64,000 bases of DNA, from positions 62,001 through 126,000 of the forward strand of contig JAQGDQ010000031.1 of NCBI GenBank assembly GCA_030141605.1. Reading direction: 5' to 3'. Position 1 is the first letter of the stretch; each line of letters opens with the position of its first letter. Below are positions 24,473-38,313 of this stretch, one piece after another. Source of the DNA: Tubiluchus corallicola (taxonomy: Eukaryota > Animalia > Priapulida). Position numbers and translations under genes: made by a program. Under the pieces are notes generated by a model. The model was not told where the DNA came from, did no database searches, and saw nothing but the letters and a program-made list of their open reading frames with translations.

Positions 24473-27303
24473 ATGGCAGCGGAATTTGTTAAACGTGAAA
24501 CAAATTCACCTAAATCTAGTCCCAGAGGGTCCCGTTCTCCAGTAGTGGTGCGGCAAGATTCTACAGGGACGCTAAGAACTACAATTACGTTAGGCAAAAA
24601 TCCAGCAGTTATTCCAATCGGCCCTTTTTATTTAGTGAAGGAACCACCTAGTAAGCACTAATTTTAAAAATAAAATCTTGATTTGACTTTGATGTTTGAA
24701 TATATTGGAAGATTTACCTGCCTACGGCACAAAATTTATGTATGTGTATTTTAGTAAAATAACAGTGATATGTTTGCGGTCTGACAATTCATTATGCTCT
24801 TAGGTAATATTTATAATCGCCACAACATACAGTACAAATTCATTTCCTACTGTCGTGTGTAAGCAAAGGTGAATTAAAAAATTTTAGAATTTGTTTCCTG
24901 ATAATTAGTAAACAAGCGAGTAAAAAGCGTTATTATTTTTTTACTTAGCTGAAAGTGAAATAACTGGCGCAACAAGTTTAATGCATCATCATGGCTTAGA
25001 AGGCTCTTACAATCGTACTGTGGTGAAAAAGCTAAAGGAACCACTTAGTTCATTTTTACCTCATCTGCCGGGTAACATTGACACGCCTGGGTATAACGAC
25101 AACAGGTTCGTACTGATTCTCAAATGTGGATGCTTTTTTGACTTGAAGGAATATGGGAGGATTTCTAGACAGTTTTTTTACTTTGTACTGTGTAACAATT
25201 GCCATCATATTTATTATTTTAAATATTAGCTTAAAAGCTTAATTAGTAGGCCACATGCACAGCTAGCAGTGATTCCATTAACCCACTGTCTGTGTTATGC
25301 ACGGTTTCTCTATGGCAGGAATCTTTTATGTGTGCCTTGCACATGTTTGTGAAGTGATTGAAAGTGAAGCAACTAATGCATATAACTGACAGTGAGTCAC
25401 AAAGTCTACAAATTCTTAGAGGTTACAATTTCAGAATTTTACTTCATTGCTGAGTAAACGCATGATTTTACAAGATTACCCTAACCAAAATGAGATCAAA
25501 AAGCTTCTCAGTGGGTCTGTTAAAGTTTCATTGGGCCTTTTTTCACAGCACATTTCAAGGAAGCAATATGTTAATTAACCTTTCCTTTGTTTTTTACACC
25601 TTAAAAAGTATGGGGGGGTCTTTTGTGAAAGTGCAGGTGCACATCACTGAAAGGTTAATGAAGTTATACCTCTGATATCTCACTCGAATGTATTCTTTCG
25701 CACTAAATTCCTGAGTATGGTTTTATAAGCAGTAGGCTTATTTTCATCTTTGGTTGTTTCTATTTAGTTCATTACGGAGTTTAATAGAGAAGCCACCAAT
25801 ATGTGGTAAAGAGATTCATCCACTGACTCAGATGTCAGGGTTCAGGTTACATCCAGGATCGGTATGTATTACTTTTCAGAGCAGCATTATTTATAGCTAT
25901 CACCATGTCTTAGCCGAATTTACAAATGTGATACAAGCAAGTTAGTGTTTGATAAAATACAATTAACTTTTGATGAACTGTGCTGGTTATGTTTGGCTTG
26001 TAAACTGTTGAGCGGTATCTCATCATTTTAGTGTAAAATGCTAAATAGTTCATAAGTATATTTGCTAGTTTATGCTTTTTGTTATGATTTTATATTACTT
26101 TTTGTTGAATTTCTAAGTTAGAATTTTCCAGCCTTTCCACAGTTATGCTTAGCTACATTTTATAGTTTGTTTATTTTTTGGCTGGCATTAGTATACAACG
26201 TTTTACTAAATTGTTAAAACTCACTTATATTCATTTAAATTACAGCTCATTCAAAAGGAAATGGTTAATTGCTGTCATTTTTTGTACAAAAGATGTAATG
26301 AGTGAAGACAGATTTATCTTGGATTTTACAAAACTTCAATTTGAAGCCATACATCTGTCAGATCACTTTTAACATTTTTTGCAGTTACCTGAGCAATACA
26401 GACTCATGAATCACCAACCAGAACGGAAAAAGCATCATAAAAAGCACAAACGGGAACTCAAACCTGGTGATACTCCTGATGGAGCAGGTAAGCAAGTTTT
26501 AATAATGATGCAATGAATGGAATTGAATCACAGAAGGAGCTGTGAAAAAATTGGGATTGAATATGGATCCGAACAAGTAAATAACCAATAACTTTACCTG
26601 TAATTGTGGTGGATACTAGTCAGTTTTTATTAATCTTTTGTCTTAATATTTTCTCATTAACAACTGTGCTACTTTTTTGCTTAGAAATTTTCCCAAAAAT
26701 TTAATAGTTGTGGATTCATTGTAACCTTAAGTCGTTGGTAATTTAAAAATTCATGGTTGCATAAATGATTCTAAAATGTTTGCAGATGCATTAAAGTAGC
26801 ACTGGACAATAGTGCTTTCTTTCCTTGACTGTCAATGAATGTCACCACTGTACTGCATTCTACATTGTAACTGCGTTTGCAGTACTGCAAATGTCAAAAT
26901 TGTTATTGAACTACAGTGAGTTTTGAACAAGTTTGTTAAAAAAGTGTTTTTTAACTCATCTAGCCGACAAAGAAGTTGATGCAAGTCATGACTCTAGAAA
27001 GCATAAAAAGCAGAAACGCCACGATGAAGACAAAGAAAAACGGAAGAAGAAAAAAGAAAAGAAGAAAAAGAAAGTAGGTCTTCAAAATTCACTTACTATG
27101 GTTACTGCATTTTGCAACTTGAGTTTTGCATTTATCTAATTATCATCTTTACTAACGATTAAGTTTATTTATTATTGTATTAGATAATTACCTTAATCAG
27201 TTTCATTAACTTGTCATTTAACTGAGTGATTTTATCATTACAGAAGCACAGTCCAGATCATCCAGGACTAAGCACGTCAAACGGGTCAATGAAAAATTTA
27301 TAG
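24473..27303 (+). CDS. MED19: Mediator of RNA polymerase II transcription subunit 19 (6 coding exons)
   Basis: Exons 24473-24650, 24949-25105, 25768-25861, 26385-26487, 26964-27073, 27244-27303, all GT-AG and in phase. Protein motifs: GPFYLVKEPP, ITGATSLM..HGLE, LSSFLPHLPGNID, SSLRSLIEKPPICGK, GFRLHPGSLPEQYR, Lys-rich tail and KHSPDHPG. Confidence 0.96.
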
Positions 27304-28174
27304 CATCGGTTCACCATCAAGGGCAAAATAATGTCAGTCATGTCGAACTACATGTACCAGATCTCAGCAGTTTTGCAGGTGTTCCTTCTACCAATGCTGT
27401 AAAATCTCGTTGTCTTTTGACTTGCAGTTTAAAATTTTCATTAAAAGTTAAGATGGCAGGTACTAGTGATGTAAACTACTTTTATCCGCATGCTGTTAAT
27501 AAAATGCACTTATATGTCATTATACGTTAGATTTGATAGCATTTTAATGCATACATATGATAATGAAAGATATACTACTACCACAACTTTTAGGCAAAAG
27601 GACAATCTCAAGCATAAAGACTCATTGGGCATTTATGAAGCACTGCAAAACTGATAACCCTGTAGGCTTCTGGCTGAATTGATATTGTTTTGTTTTCATT
27701 AAATTAATGTTGATTTTTTTGTAATTTTATAATTATTGTAAATTATGTAAATTATTTTTTGTTGTTTGTATTACGGGGAAATTTAGCGCCGCAGCTAGAC
27801 ATGTAAATAGAAAAATAATAGCAAAAGTTATTAGCACAAACTGTTTGGAAATCTCTGTATATGGAAACCTGGCTTAAGTAAGTAAATTTACCTCTGTGAA
27901 TTTTGTACAATATGCATCATGTTAAAATTGGTATTGGTTACCAGATGATAAATAGACATTACTATATTGTTTTTCTACTAAGTGAGTATTACAATTACTC
28001 TTTATGCATAATAACTATGCAATTGATTGTAAAGAAAATATGAGCTGTGAAATAAAAGATTGATTATGAACAGCTTGCTTTTTAGAATTGTTTAATGCTG
28101 CTTTTGATATAGGCAGAAATCAAACATGGTATCCTTTCTTTATATTGCTAACTTTTTTCCACGTCATTTTGTTA

Positions 28175-28695
28175 ATAAGCCTTTTCACAGTTCCAGCGAT
28201 TGATGATGATCATGAAAAGGTCAAAGGTTAAGTGTACCAGACAATGAATATACTTTTGTACATGTGTATGCATTGTATTCACATGACAATGCCTCGCAGC
28301 CCATGCTATCATAATAGTAACAGTTTTACCAGCTAGCTATACCCTTGTGTACACTTGAAAACATATCGCAGCCCTTGCTGTTGTAATAACAGTTTAACAG
28401 CTAGCTATAGCCTAGCGTACACTTGACAATGCCTCACATCCCATGCTGTTGTAATAACAGTTTTAACAGGTAGCTATAGCCTACCTTATTTCATTTTTTC
28501 TTGTTCCCAAGCAAGATCTTGCTAGTAAATCATTCTACGCACAGACTAATCAACTGAACTGCTGCGGCAGACGGCTTTGTTTTACACAGATGTCACGTGA
28601 CGGTTGTAGATAAACTGCATTTCTGTAGTACACTTAACACTTGACCTACAGCAACTGAGCGTGTGCACAATGAAACAGTGAAAAGGTTATTTTAT
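28175..28695. mobile_element. Old TIR element with three internal ~70-bp tandem repeats (28285-28485)
   Basis: Left ccttttcac...aggtcaa..gttaagtgtac versus right gtacacttaac..ttgacct...gtgaaaagg (inverted). Tandem units 28285-28356, 28357-28424 and 28425-28485 share gcagccc.tgct, taacagttt and agctata. Confidence 0.7.
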
Positions 28696-30660
28696 AAAAA
28701 AAGAAAAGTTATTGTAGTAGCCAGGGTGAATGAATACAATATGATGTACGTAAGTAAAAGGTTCCTGCAGCCTGTATGACACTCCGGTCGGTCAGTGGGC
28801 ACTTTTACTGCTCAAGTATTAGGCTATCTACTAATCCCAACGTCAACTTTTTCATTTGACAGTACCTTTGGCATGTCTGAATAATTTTTGTTGATTTGAG
28901 TACCTAACCTTTCAAAAGTATTAGATTATCATTTTTATCAATTATCGAATTTCGGTTTAGATGGAAAATAGACCACCCACTTTGGGACCAAAAAAAGTTG
29001 ACATTATAGCGAGTTTGGTGTTATATAATGAGGTGTGTTAAGTTTTGCCATAGATGCACAAAACAGTCAGACGAATGATTTGTGAATTAATAACACACTA
29101 AAAACCAGTCATCTTTATTAAGAGCATTTTGTTTACATAATAAACGTGCTCAACTGCATATGTAAAAGACTGTAAGCCAATTGCTTCATTAAACATATCT
29201 GTATGTAAAAAAAGTTAAGTCATAACTACAAATTTCTTGCTGAGATTTGCTTGAAAGATTCTAATAAACAAGCAAATACCACCCTTTTTGCTGGTGAAAA
29301 AATTCACCATTATGACTGCGCGTCAGTATAAGGTGCATTCAGTGCGATTATATAATGTAAGGTACAGCTTGCAAGCAAATGTGTTGACATGCATTCTTTT
29401 ATACAACATGTGACGACTAGCCAGTCTCTACGACTCAGCCGGCCATGTAGCAGCCTCCTACAGTGGGTATTATATCGAGAAGCCATTGGCGTTAGTTGAG
29501 TTGAAATGGCACCATGACATTGACTTCACATAATTTATCAGCAACAAACTTTTTTATAAAAACAACAGTTAAAATACAGAATAAACTAATCTGAAAACAA
29601 TGCTAATGAATGTAAGCCAATAGCCAACAATTTGGTTTGTGAAATGTTTAAATTTATAGAGTTCCATAATGGGAGAGATTACAATGCAAAATCATTTTTC
29701 CCAGAAAATTAATACCTACCAAGTGATGCATTTTAATGTTGCTTATATTTTGATAAATAGACAGTAATTTAATGTATAATTGTACATGGCATAGTAAAAC
29801 AATATTCACCAGTATAGAAGCTAAGACTTGTGAATAAAATGGAGCATTATATTTTGATGTCACATTTTTCAAGGAAAACTTTGAAATTAAAATTTCTCTG
29901 ACACTGTTCCATTAATAAAGTAACAACGCTAATATTGACAGAAATATAATGCGTGCTGCGTTGTACTAGGAATAATACATAAAATTTTCAATTATAAAAG
30001 CAAACTTTACTGTAAACTGTATTTTATAAGCATTAATAAGTTTTACACAATGGTTATCATGTGAACATCAGACTGAGGTGGCCTGTTAACAAAGTTTCAT
30101 TCCCAAATAAGGTAACCTTTAATATATCACAATTACATTAGACACACCCGTTAGTTTAGATGTCTGTAAAGACACAGCAAACTGATAGGTTTTATTTATT
30201 CATTGGCTAATCACAACTGGCTTAACGTGGCACAGTAAAATGCATGCAAAATTATGCTCATAACTTTGCTTGCAAGTATGCCTTTAAATAGCTGGCTTTC
30301 TAAAGGTACCTATACTTTCATGGTTGCCTATGATTAGATAAATCCATCAATATAGAACCACAGCATTTATGTGCATGCACTAACGCATGAAGTTTGCATA
30401 ATACATGTATTAGCTACACAAGAAGTGCTAATGGCTCCACAACTACAACTTAGGCTAAACTTTGCTATATTTGTTAAAGAGAAAGATATACATAGTGACT
30501 AGATGTATATCCAAAATGACTACAATCGCAAAAATCTATAGGACGAATTTATTATTATCATAAAAATTTCATCATATTCATGTCAGGTGCAATGAGTAAG
30601 ACATGTTCAGCTTTTTTGAATTTTGCAAAACAAAAACAATTTAATTTCTAGTTGCTTTAA

Positions 30661-30999
30661 AAGGCAAAAAACCTTTTAGCTTTAAATTCATTGGGAAACG
30701 TTGTAATCACCTACATACTGCTTGTATTAGCAGTAATATTACACAAAAACTTGAAAATTCAACTGATTGTTAGGCGCAGCCATTTTGACGGTAGGTTGTT
30801 TGAAATGTGTTTCTGGTGAGCCAGTGGTGCACACTGCGAAGGTGAGGCAGTAACGTTTTATCAGTTGGCGCAAACATTTTAAATTACTAAGAATTTTCTT
30901 TTCTAGTTAGATAAATCTTTTAAACAGGTAATGCTAAGTAATACAACGTTATACAGAAAGTTCTTTGAGATATGGTTTAAAATTGCCTTTTCTTCCCCT
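30661..30999 (+). mobile_element. TTAA-flanked MITE (related to 46748-47403)
   Basis: TTAA at 30657-30660 and 31000-31003. Shares gttagg.gcagccatttt, cagttggc.caaacattttaaatta and ttgccttttcttcccct with 46888-47217. Confidence 0.7.
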
Positions 31000-31202
31000 T
31001 TAACTAATTAGTGCAATTGTTCCCTGGCTAAACTACCTTTGCACAAACAATTAGTCACTGAAAATTTGTGTAGAAAAGCCTGATGTTTATTACACGTACC
31101 ATAAAATGGCACAATTCAGGCCTCGACTCAAGAATTGCTCAAAATGAATAATATTTACTAAGTCACTGATTGTCTGTTTATTATCCAGCAACATACACAA
31201 GA

Positions 31203-34200
31203 TTACGTTTTACACTTCTCTAATTGAGCAAGTAAGTCGTCCGCATCGTCACTTGTTTTAACACGTATTAACATCATCACTGTTTGTGCCGGGTCCATTT
31301 TAGCATCAACCGGTGGGTTAGGAACACAAACGAGTGCCACATTGTTCTTGCCGATGCGACTCGTTGGCATGTTAGAACTGAGAATGATGTTCAAAAGTAT
31401 ATTGCCTACAGAAAACATAAACAAACAGTTTAGGGCACCTTTTAGAGTAAAGTGATATTGTTGTTTTTTAAACAGGAACTGTATAAGTAATCAAAACTAA
31501 GTCACTATAAAATTTTGCAAGGTTGAATGGCAAACCTGATTCGTTATGATAAAAACATGGTACTGACAAGCAATTAGATGTGCACTGGACTAAATCTAAA
31601 TCTTGTTAAATCAGATTGATAATGATTGGATGGATACTGAAACCAGTGATAAAGCACCGTGTGTGATGTGACAGTAAACTGACGGTAAAAGTAAGTACTG
31701 CAAAACCGTGCATCAGATAGTATATAAAACTACAGTAGCTGCCGCTTAGGAATCATCACGGGACCAGAAAAAAGTAGTTTTAATAAATGGTAGTTTTATT
31801 ATGCAATGGCTGGTTGTAAGCATGTGTATTTGGCAAAGTATAGCATGTCAACACTTCACCCAGTACTATATGACAATTAAACATGGGTCGCTAGTGTCAC
31901 CCAATTGTCAATGTGGTTCTACTTATAAAACAGTCGGTCGTTACTTAATTAGCTGCCTTCTTTGCCATCAGGCCAGACATGAACTTATTTACAAATCTCT
32001 GCACTCTTTTGTCAGCTTTTAACATCAATGTTTACAGTCTTGCAATAAATGAACTTGTACGTTTGTTCCTGCACGGGAACCATACCCTAGATAATTCTGT
32101 GAACACTCAAATTTTTGTTATAGTGCAGTCAGTTATTTCAAACACCAAGCGCTTTAAATAGTATTAAGTTTGTTATTCTTGTTACATATTAATGCTTATA
32201 TTTATTGTAACATTTTTTTGTACATTGTGGTCACCATTGTTCTGCATCTGTCTAGCGTTCGCTCCCACTCGGGGAGAACATATATCAGTTGTAAAACTGT
32301 CTGTTTCAAACCGATATGTTACACCTTCAATAAATTATGTTTAAACCAAACATGGGGCAGTCAGCTCGCTGTCATACCTACAGAATGACTTATGAGACTT
32401 AAATTTCCCCTGCGTACTTAAAAAAATAGGCAAATTAACGAAACCACTAAAAATAACACTTTATTTTTCCTTTTGATATCACCTATTACTAACAAATATG
32501 GTCTTATTAAAAATTGTACTGGTATAGGAGAAATTCCGGATGGTGCTTAAATAAATGGTTCTAAAATGCAGCTGGTTTTATTAAGTGGCAACTACTGCTG
32601 TAACATTTGGCATGTTTTGCAAACATCCATAGATGAAAATGCACATGAAAATAAGAGACAACTGCCATAAAATGATGCAGATGTCAAGATCTGATCTTGT
32701 CCATACCTAGTGCAGTATCCGCTCGTATAACAAGTTGCGTCTTGTCTCCTGAAGGTTTTAGATGCAAGTTTCCTATACCTCTATCAATATATTCTTCTCC
32801 CTTTTTATAAAATAATTTACACCTGCAAATAAAAATCTCGATTAATTTCTCATTACTGATTACAGTCTGATAAAAACAATCTACCATCGTCCCTTCCTTT
32901 TTCTGTTGCATTACTTTAGTAGTGAGATACAGCAATGCTGATATAAACTCACAGAGCAAATATTTCATACAAACACAAATAATACCTTTTAGTATAGAAA
33001 GCTCCTTCCTCCTCAATTTCCGTATGTTCTGCCTTAGGAGGTACATACTCCTCCTCTTCGTCTCCTGGTGAAAAAAACGCATAAAAATTCAGCACATAAA
33101 AAACTGCCAAAAATTGCACATCAACTACCTCCAAGAAAAAAGCTCACCACACTAGTTTTCACCCCAAAAATGTCACCAGTTAACTTGGGTAATTGCAAAG
33201 GATACCGTAAGCAAACACTTTAAAAATTATTACTAATTACTCAGCTAGTTAACTACTGTTCATGAAAAATCGCACTTGGTTTTTTCGATTAACAAGCATA
33301 TAAAAAATAAATTTTCAAGAACAATTTTTTGACTTATTTGGTGTTCTGAAAGTTGCTGTGGACCAGCCTGATTAAATATCTGTTAAACTGACAGACAAGG
33401 AAAATACATCAAACATGCTTCTTGATATTAATAACATTTAAAAAAAGATAATTCATAGATTTAAAGATTGAAAATATATTGAGCCATCTATGCAGAACCT
33501 CATTCATTAACTAGTTATGAAGCTTAATTTGTAAAATTTATCAACAATAATGCTATAACATAAATAACAATGCAAGAAATTAATATCTGTCATGCTTTCA
33601 GTGTTCAAAACACCAATAGGTGCTTTAAGTGACAGACAAGACAGAAATAAAAGAATTTAATGCTTGAAATTATGAATACCTAATTAATCGATTACCTTTA
33701 CTTTGAGAGGTTGCAGCCACCGGAAAATTGATTACATTTTGTTTTTGAGATTTTGACTGAGCTGCAGCTGCAAAACCGGCAAAGTTCACCGTTGTACTTT
33801 TTCCAAACTTAAACGCTGGTTTTGCTGCATCGTCTTTAACATGTGAATCTGAGCCTTCGGCAGCAGATCCAAAACGGAATGTTGTTTTTGTCGTAGGTGC
33901 AGTTTTGTTAAATGTGAATCCTGAAGAACCCGATTCATTGACAGGAATACTGACAGATGAAGCCATTGGCAACACTGTATCGGAATCCAATTTTGAGTCT
34001 GGCTTTTTTAAATTGTCCGGCTCCTGGAAGAAACCAGGTGGATATTTGGCTGCTAATCTGTTGTAATGACTTTCATAGTCTTTGAATACAGGAGAGAGAA
34101 TTACGTATGGATTCGAGTCCACGTGCTGCTTAATCCATTGCAGCACGGATCTGTTTAAGGCTTTTAGTGCCACGAAATATGCCGGATCACGACTAGACGT

Positions 34201-36932
34201 TTCCTTCAAAGCTGGAAACAAAATAAATAGATGAGAAATCTTGGTTTGTTAATCATATTAGAAACATAAACCAAAATTTTTCCAACTTAGCACCAAATAG
34301 AAAACGTCAATACTTAAAAATTAGGGATGCACCGGATCAAGTTTTGCCGATCTAAAAATTAATGTAGCCGATATATCATTTGTTTCGGCTTTTGCTCATG
34401 TGGTGGCATAGCCTGTCCATTTTCAGTCACCGAGCAATTTTAAGTGGAAACAGTGCAAACATTGATGTACTGTAATTTTGAACACTTGATCCACAACTGG
34501 TTTAAACTGAAAAACTGAAAAAAAACTTTTTTACTGCAAGTAGATGGCTCTAAATTTTTAGCAGACATTTTCCTAGCAATAACGCTATTTTTGTGTGATA
34601 AAATTCAGACTTCAATATTGAGCTTGTCAACCACAGTAACTTCTTAAAGCAAACGTCTTATCAAAAGATCTTTTACTCAGAAACTACAAACATTTTTTAT
34701 AATAGTACAAAAAACTGAAAGGATATTGAACCAAAATGCTTGTTGCAAAGAAAACGACTTAATAAAATATTCCTTAATAAAAACTTAATAAACTGTTGTC
34801 AGAAGGAACACGAAGATACAGTTGTTCTCAGATTTTACAAACATAACATTGCCAAATATGAAATTGCTTTTTGTCTGGGGACGTATTTTGAAAATGACAG
34901 TTACCCGCTTTTCATATACAATTTGTATTCTGCCAGCGGAAAACCAGCATTCAGCAGCAGAACTATGCTACTATAAATGGATGGGGTGGGACAGGAACCT
35001 ATCTTATTATCAAAGATAATCTTTGAAAATGAGACAATAAACCAATAAGGGTGTTGCAATCATGATCACCAAGGATACAGTGCCACATGTGGCTTACACA
35101 AAAGAGCAAAGGAAGACAAATAGCTGCTTCTTCATTAAATTAAACTGCTCAGAGGTACCTACTTGGCAGTCATCCATCCATTACTCACCAGACTTTATGT
35201 TGCTTAATTTGACTATTCCACATTTTCCAATTACTCCTTCAATAGAACTCACTAATCCTTAATGCAATAATCAATTTACTTATATAATTTAAATAGTTAA
35301 AGTTTTAGCTACTCACTATAATGATTTACTAACAATAAAATTTTTTAATAAATTCTAAGTGCAAAAGAAAGACCTTACCAGTACTGCTAGGTTTTTCCTT
35401 TGCCTTGTTCACTTCACTAACATCCTTTCGGTCATCTGTATTATCTGCATAACCTTTGCCAAACTGCGAGCTACTTGCAGACACCGTGAACTTGAAACTT
35501 GCAGGAGATGACGTTGTAGTAGTGGTTAAGCTGAATGTTGACTGCGGTATTGCACCTAGTTTGAAACCATCTTGCAGAGGCACAGATGAAGACTGTCCCG
35601 AGACCATCGCCTGATTGTTAAACTGGAAAGATGGGGCCGTGCTTTTATGTGTGAATCCAGCAAATCCACTAAATGGAGAACCACTGGCATTCTGAAATAA
35701 TAAAATGGAATCTTTCTTAAAGAAATGGAAGTAACAGTATTAATATCCAGTCTATAAAATAAATGAAATGTGGTTCAGGTCGTGATCTAGATGCCAAATT
35801 TTATAATTTCTTAGACATAAAATTCAGTCCTTTGGAAAAAGCATATGAAAAGCATGTACCATCTAAGGTAGCCAAGTGTCCACTTTAGCCCCAACAGTAA
35901 AACATTCATTATTCAGTACTCACTTACTTTTAATGAATGCTGATGTAATGCTAAATAGCATTTCTTTTCATAACAAAGCCCAAAAAATGACAACCTGTTT
36001 CAACCTTGCACACAACAAATGATGGAAAAACAGCATGGCATATATATTTACATTATCGCTGAAGGAACTATTGCAGTGGCGAATCGTAGCTAAAATCAGT
36101 GGAGGTGCTCAGAAAATTTTTAGCTATTGTTTTAATATTGTGTAAATATACGCATAAAAACTAAATAAAAAATATTTTACTTACTAATAGCCTAAATTGA
36201 TACAGTTCAAGTTAAGCTAATTTAATTAATTATTTTATTAAGTTAATTTAAATTTAAATTGATCCATTCATTTAAAAACAAAATCCATTCTTCTTGTTTT
36301 ACTTTGCGCGAAAAGATTAATAATGTTCTCCTTAATCAACACTGCATGAGCGACAGTGCTCTCTCTATCTAGCGTGAGCACAATAGCCAAACACCACGTT
36401 GCTGGACCTGCGAAGTGCACAATGCTGGAGCTGGGATGTGCACAGTTCCGTCACGTGCTCTGGTTCCACACAAGGATTTACAAGTACGTACAAGCATAAA
36501 GAAAGAATTAAAGAAAAAAGACTCATTATATTGAATATTAGCGATAAATTCGAGTGAAAATAGGGAGGTGGTGCAGTTCCACAGTGTCTATACATAAACT
36601 GCTCTAAACTATTGTAGCTTTTGTTGTTAAACTAATATTCATTTTGTATACCATTTGTAACTTTTAATTGAAAATGAAGCTTAGTGTCTAGTAACTAGAC
36701 GATACAATGATAAAAACAAATTTACAGAAGTGAATTCCACAAATATAAAATTTTTACATACTGCACTACTAGCTGCTGCGCCATGTTGTCTTAGTCTTCT
36801 GGTTGCAGTTTTAATAGCTCGTCGAGCCAATCCATTAGAAGATACTGGCTTCCAGTGACCAGCTTCTTCGGCCTCTTCCTCATCATCCCAATTCCTGTCT
36901 GTTAACTCCTTATCAGCAGAACGTTTTGACAT
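31203..36932 (-). CDS. NUP50: Nucleoporin NUP50 (6 coding exons)
   Basis: Exons 36932-36762, 35691-35379, 34211-33696, 33064-32986, 32822-32707, 31405-31203, in phase. N-terminal importin-alpha-binding MSKRSADKELTDRNWDDEEE, FG/FxF low-complexity middle, LKALNRSVLQWIKQHVDSNPYVILSPVFKDYE, and C-terminal Ran-binding domain (CKLFYKK..DRGIGNLHLKP..QLVIRADTALGNILLNI). Confidence 0.96.
36074..36606. mobile_element. hAT-type MITE in NUP50 intron (family shared with 46381-47594)
   Basis: Perfect 8-bp TSD aactattg (36066-36073 and 36607-36614). cagtggcg terminus. Its reverse complement aligns over the whole length with 46381-46747 plus 47404-47594. Confidence 0.9.
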
Positions 36933-37248
36933 TTTCAACCCGTTACGAATTGCAAAGCTGAAAAAATACATACTAACTTGAATTTACATTAGCACTTGTC
37001 ATGCCCTAACAATGAAAGAAGACTGTATTGACAAACTTATTGATGAGCTATAAGGGAATTAAAACAATGCTAATGAAATTTGTTTACAGCATTACATCAG
37101 TACAGCCAACAGCATGTAATTTACACGTGTGTAGCTTGTATGTCAAGACCGCCCTGTACTAAATGTTTTTGAGACACTTAGGTGACTGATTACACATTAC
37201 CATGAGTCTAATACACGGGGCCTACTGTATTAACTCAGTATCGGTAAA

Positions 37249-38313
37249 AAGGGGCAGATACAGGCTTTAGAAAAAGGGAGGGCCCAACGAAAAAGCAGTT
37301 AGGGGGTCTTGGGGAACACCGTAAGCCAAATGAATATTACTGTATTTTAGAGCATTTTCCTTGCTATTTTGTCAAGCAAATTCAATAGTTTAAAACTCAT
37401 TATGTCACCTCAAACTTTTGACTCTTAATATATTAGTAATACAGTAGTATACAGTGTATATAATATACATAACTTTTATGCGTTTTGAAAAGTAGAACCC
37501 TTGTGCTACGTGATTTTGCAGGTATTAAATTATTTAAAGGCACTGCTAGAATTTATTCTACCATTGCTAAAATCTATAAGTGGGGGAATTATGTAAATAA
37601 TTAACTAATTATGTAAATAATTAATATATGAATTGATTAGACAGACCTGTGGAAATAGGATAGAAAAATTAGCACAATGCTAAAAATAGATATGAGAATT
37701 TTTTGTGATAATTTTAATTTATACAGGCCATATATAACAATTGTATTTCCATGGGTAGTTCGACTGTCAAAAATGTACAATATGTGATGTAATGCACACT
37801 GTACTATCTGCACTTGAAGTTCTGATAAGATTCAAAAATTATATTAAACAGAAAACATGTGACATTATAGATGTAAGCACTCAGAGATGAAAAAAAGAGG
37901 GTTATGTCTCTCTTTTACATAAGCCTGGAATTACACAACTCATTATTTTTGGACTCTTCGCTAATTCCATACTCGGTATTAAATATTTATAATAATTATA
38001 TTTTAAGGCTGAAATCAGACTATGGCTCGCTCTGTCGACAATTAAGAGTTAAGACTACCTGCAATATACGACATCTTCTGTAAGCTGCAGCTTATTACTT
38101 GAACAGTCGATTCACACTTGTTTCATTATGCTGCCGAACCAATTGCAGAGTTACACCAATATTGCACACAGCGATATCTTTGCCAAAAACTTCAATTATT
38201 ACTTAAAAGGCACAATGTTTTTACATTGAAATCATTAATGCAGAACTTTTTACTCGATATAAGTCATTAAAACCTACTACGAAATGTGGTGTGCACCCCT
38301 AAATCTGCCACTG
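37249..38313. mobile_element. ~1.07-kb TIR element inserted into an older repeat (empty-site homologue at ~60318-60475)
   Basis: TIRs aaggggcagat/atctgccactg, with gtaaa repeated on both sides. The joined flanks 37160-37248 and 38314-38385 match 60318-60475. Confidence 0.75.

Noticed and set aside
28285-28485. Three ~70-bp repeats as a CRISPR-like array
   Set aside because: The units are homologous along their full length with no unique spacers, there are no cas genes, and the context is eukaryotic.
34322-34400. tagggatgcaccg hAT-like left terminus
   Set aside because: I found no matching right TIR or TSD.
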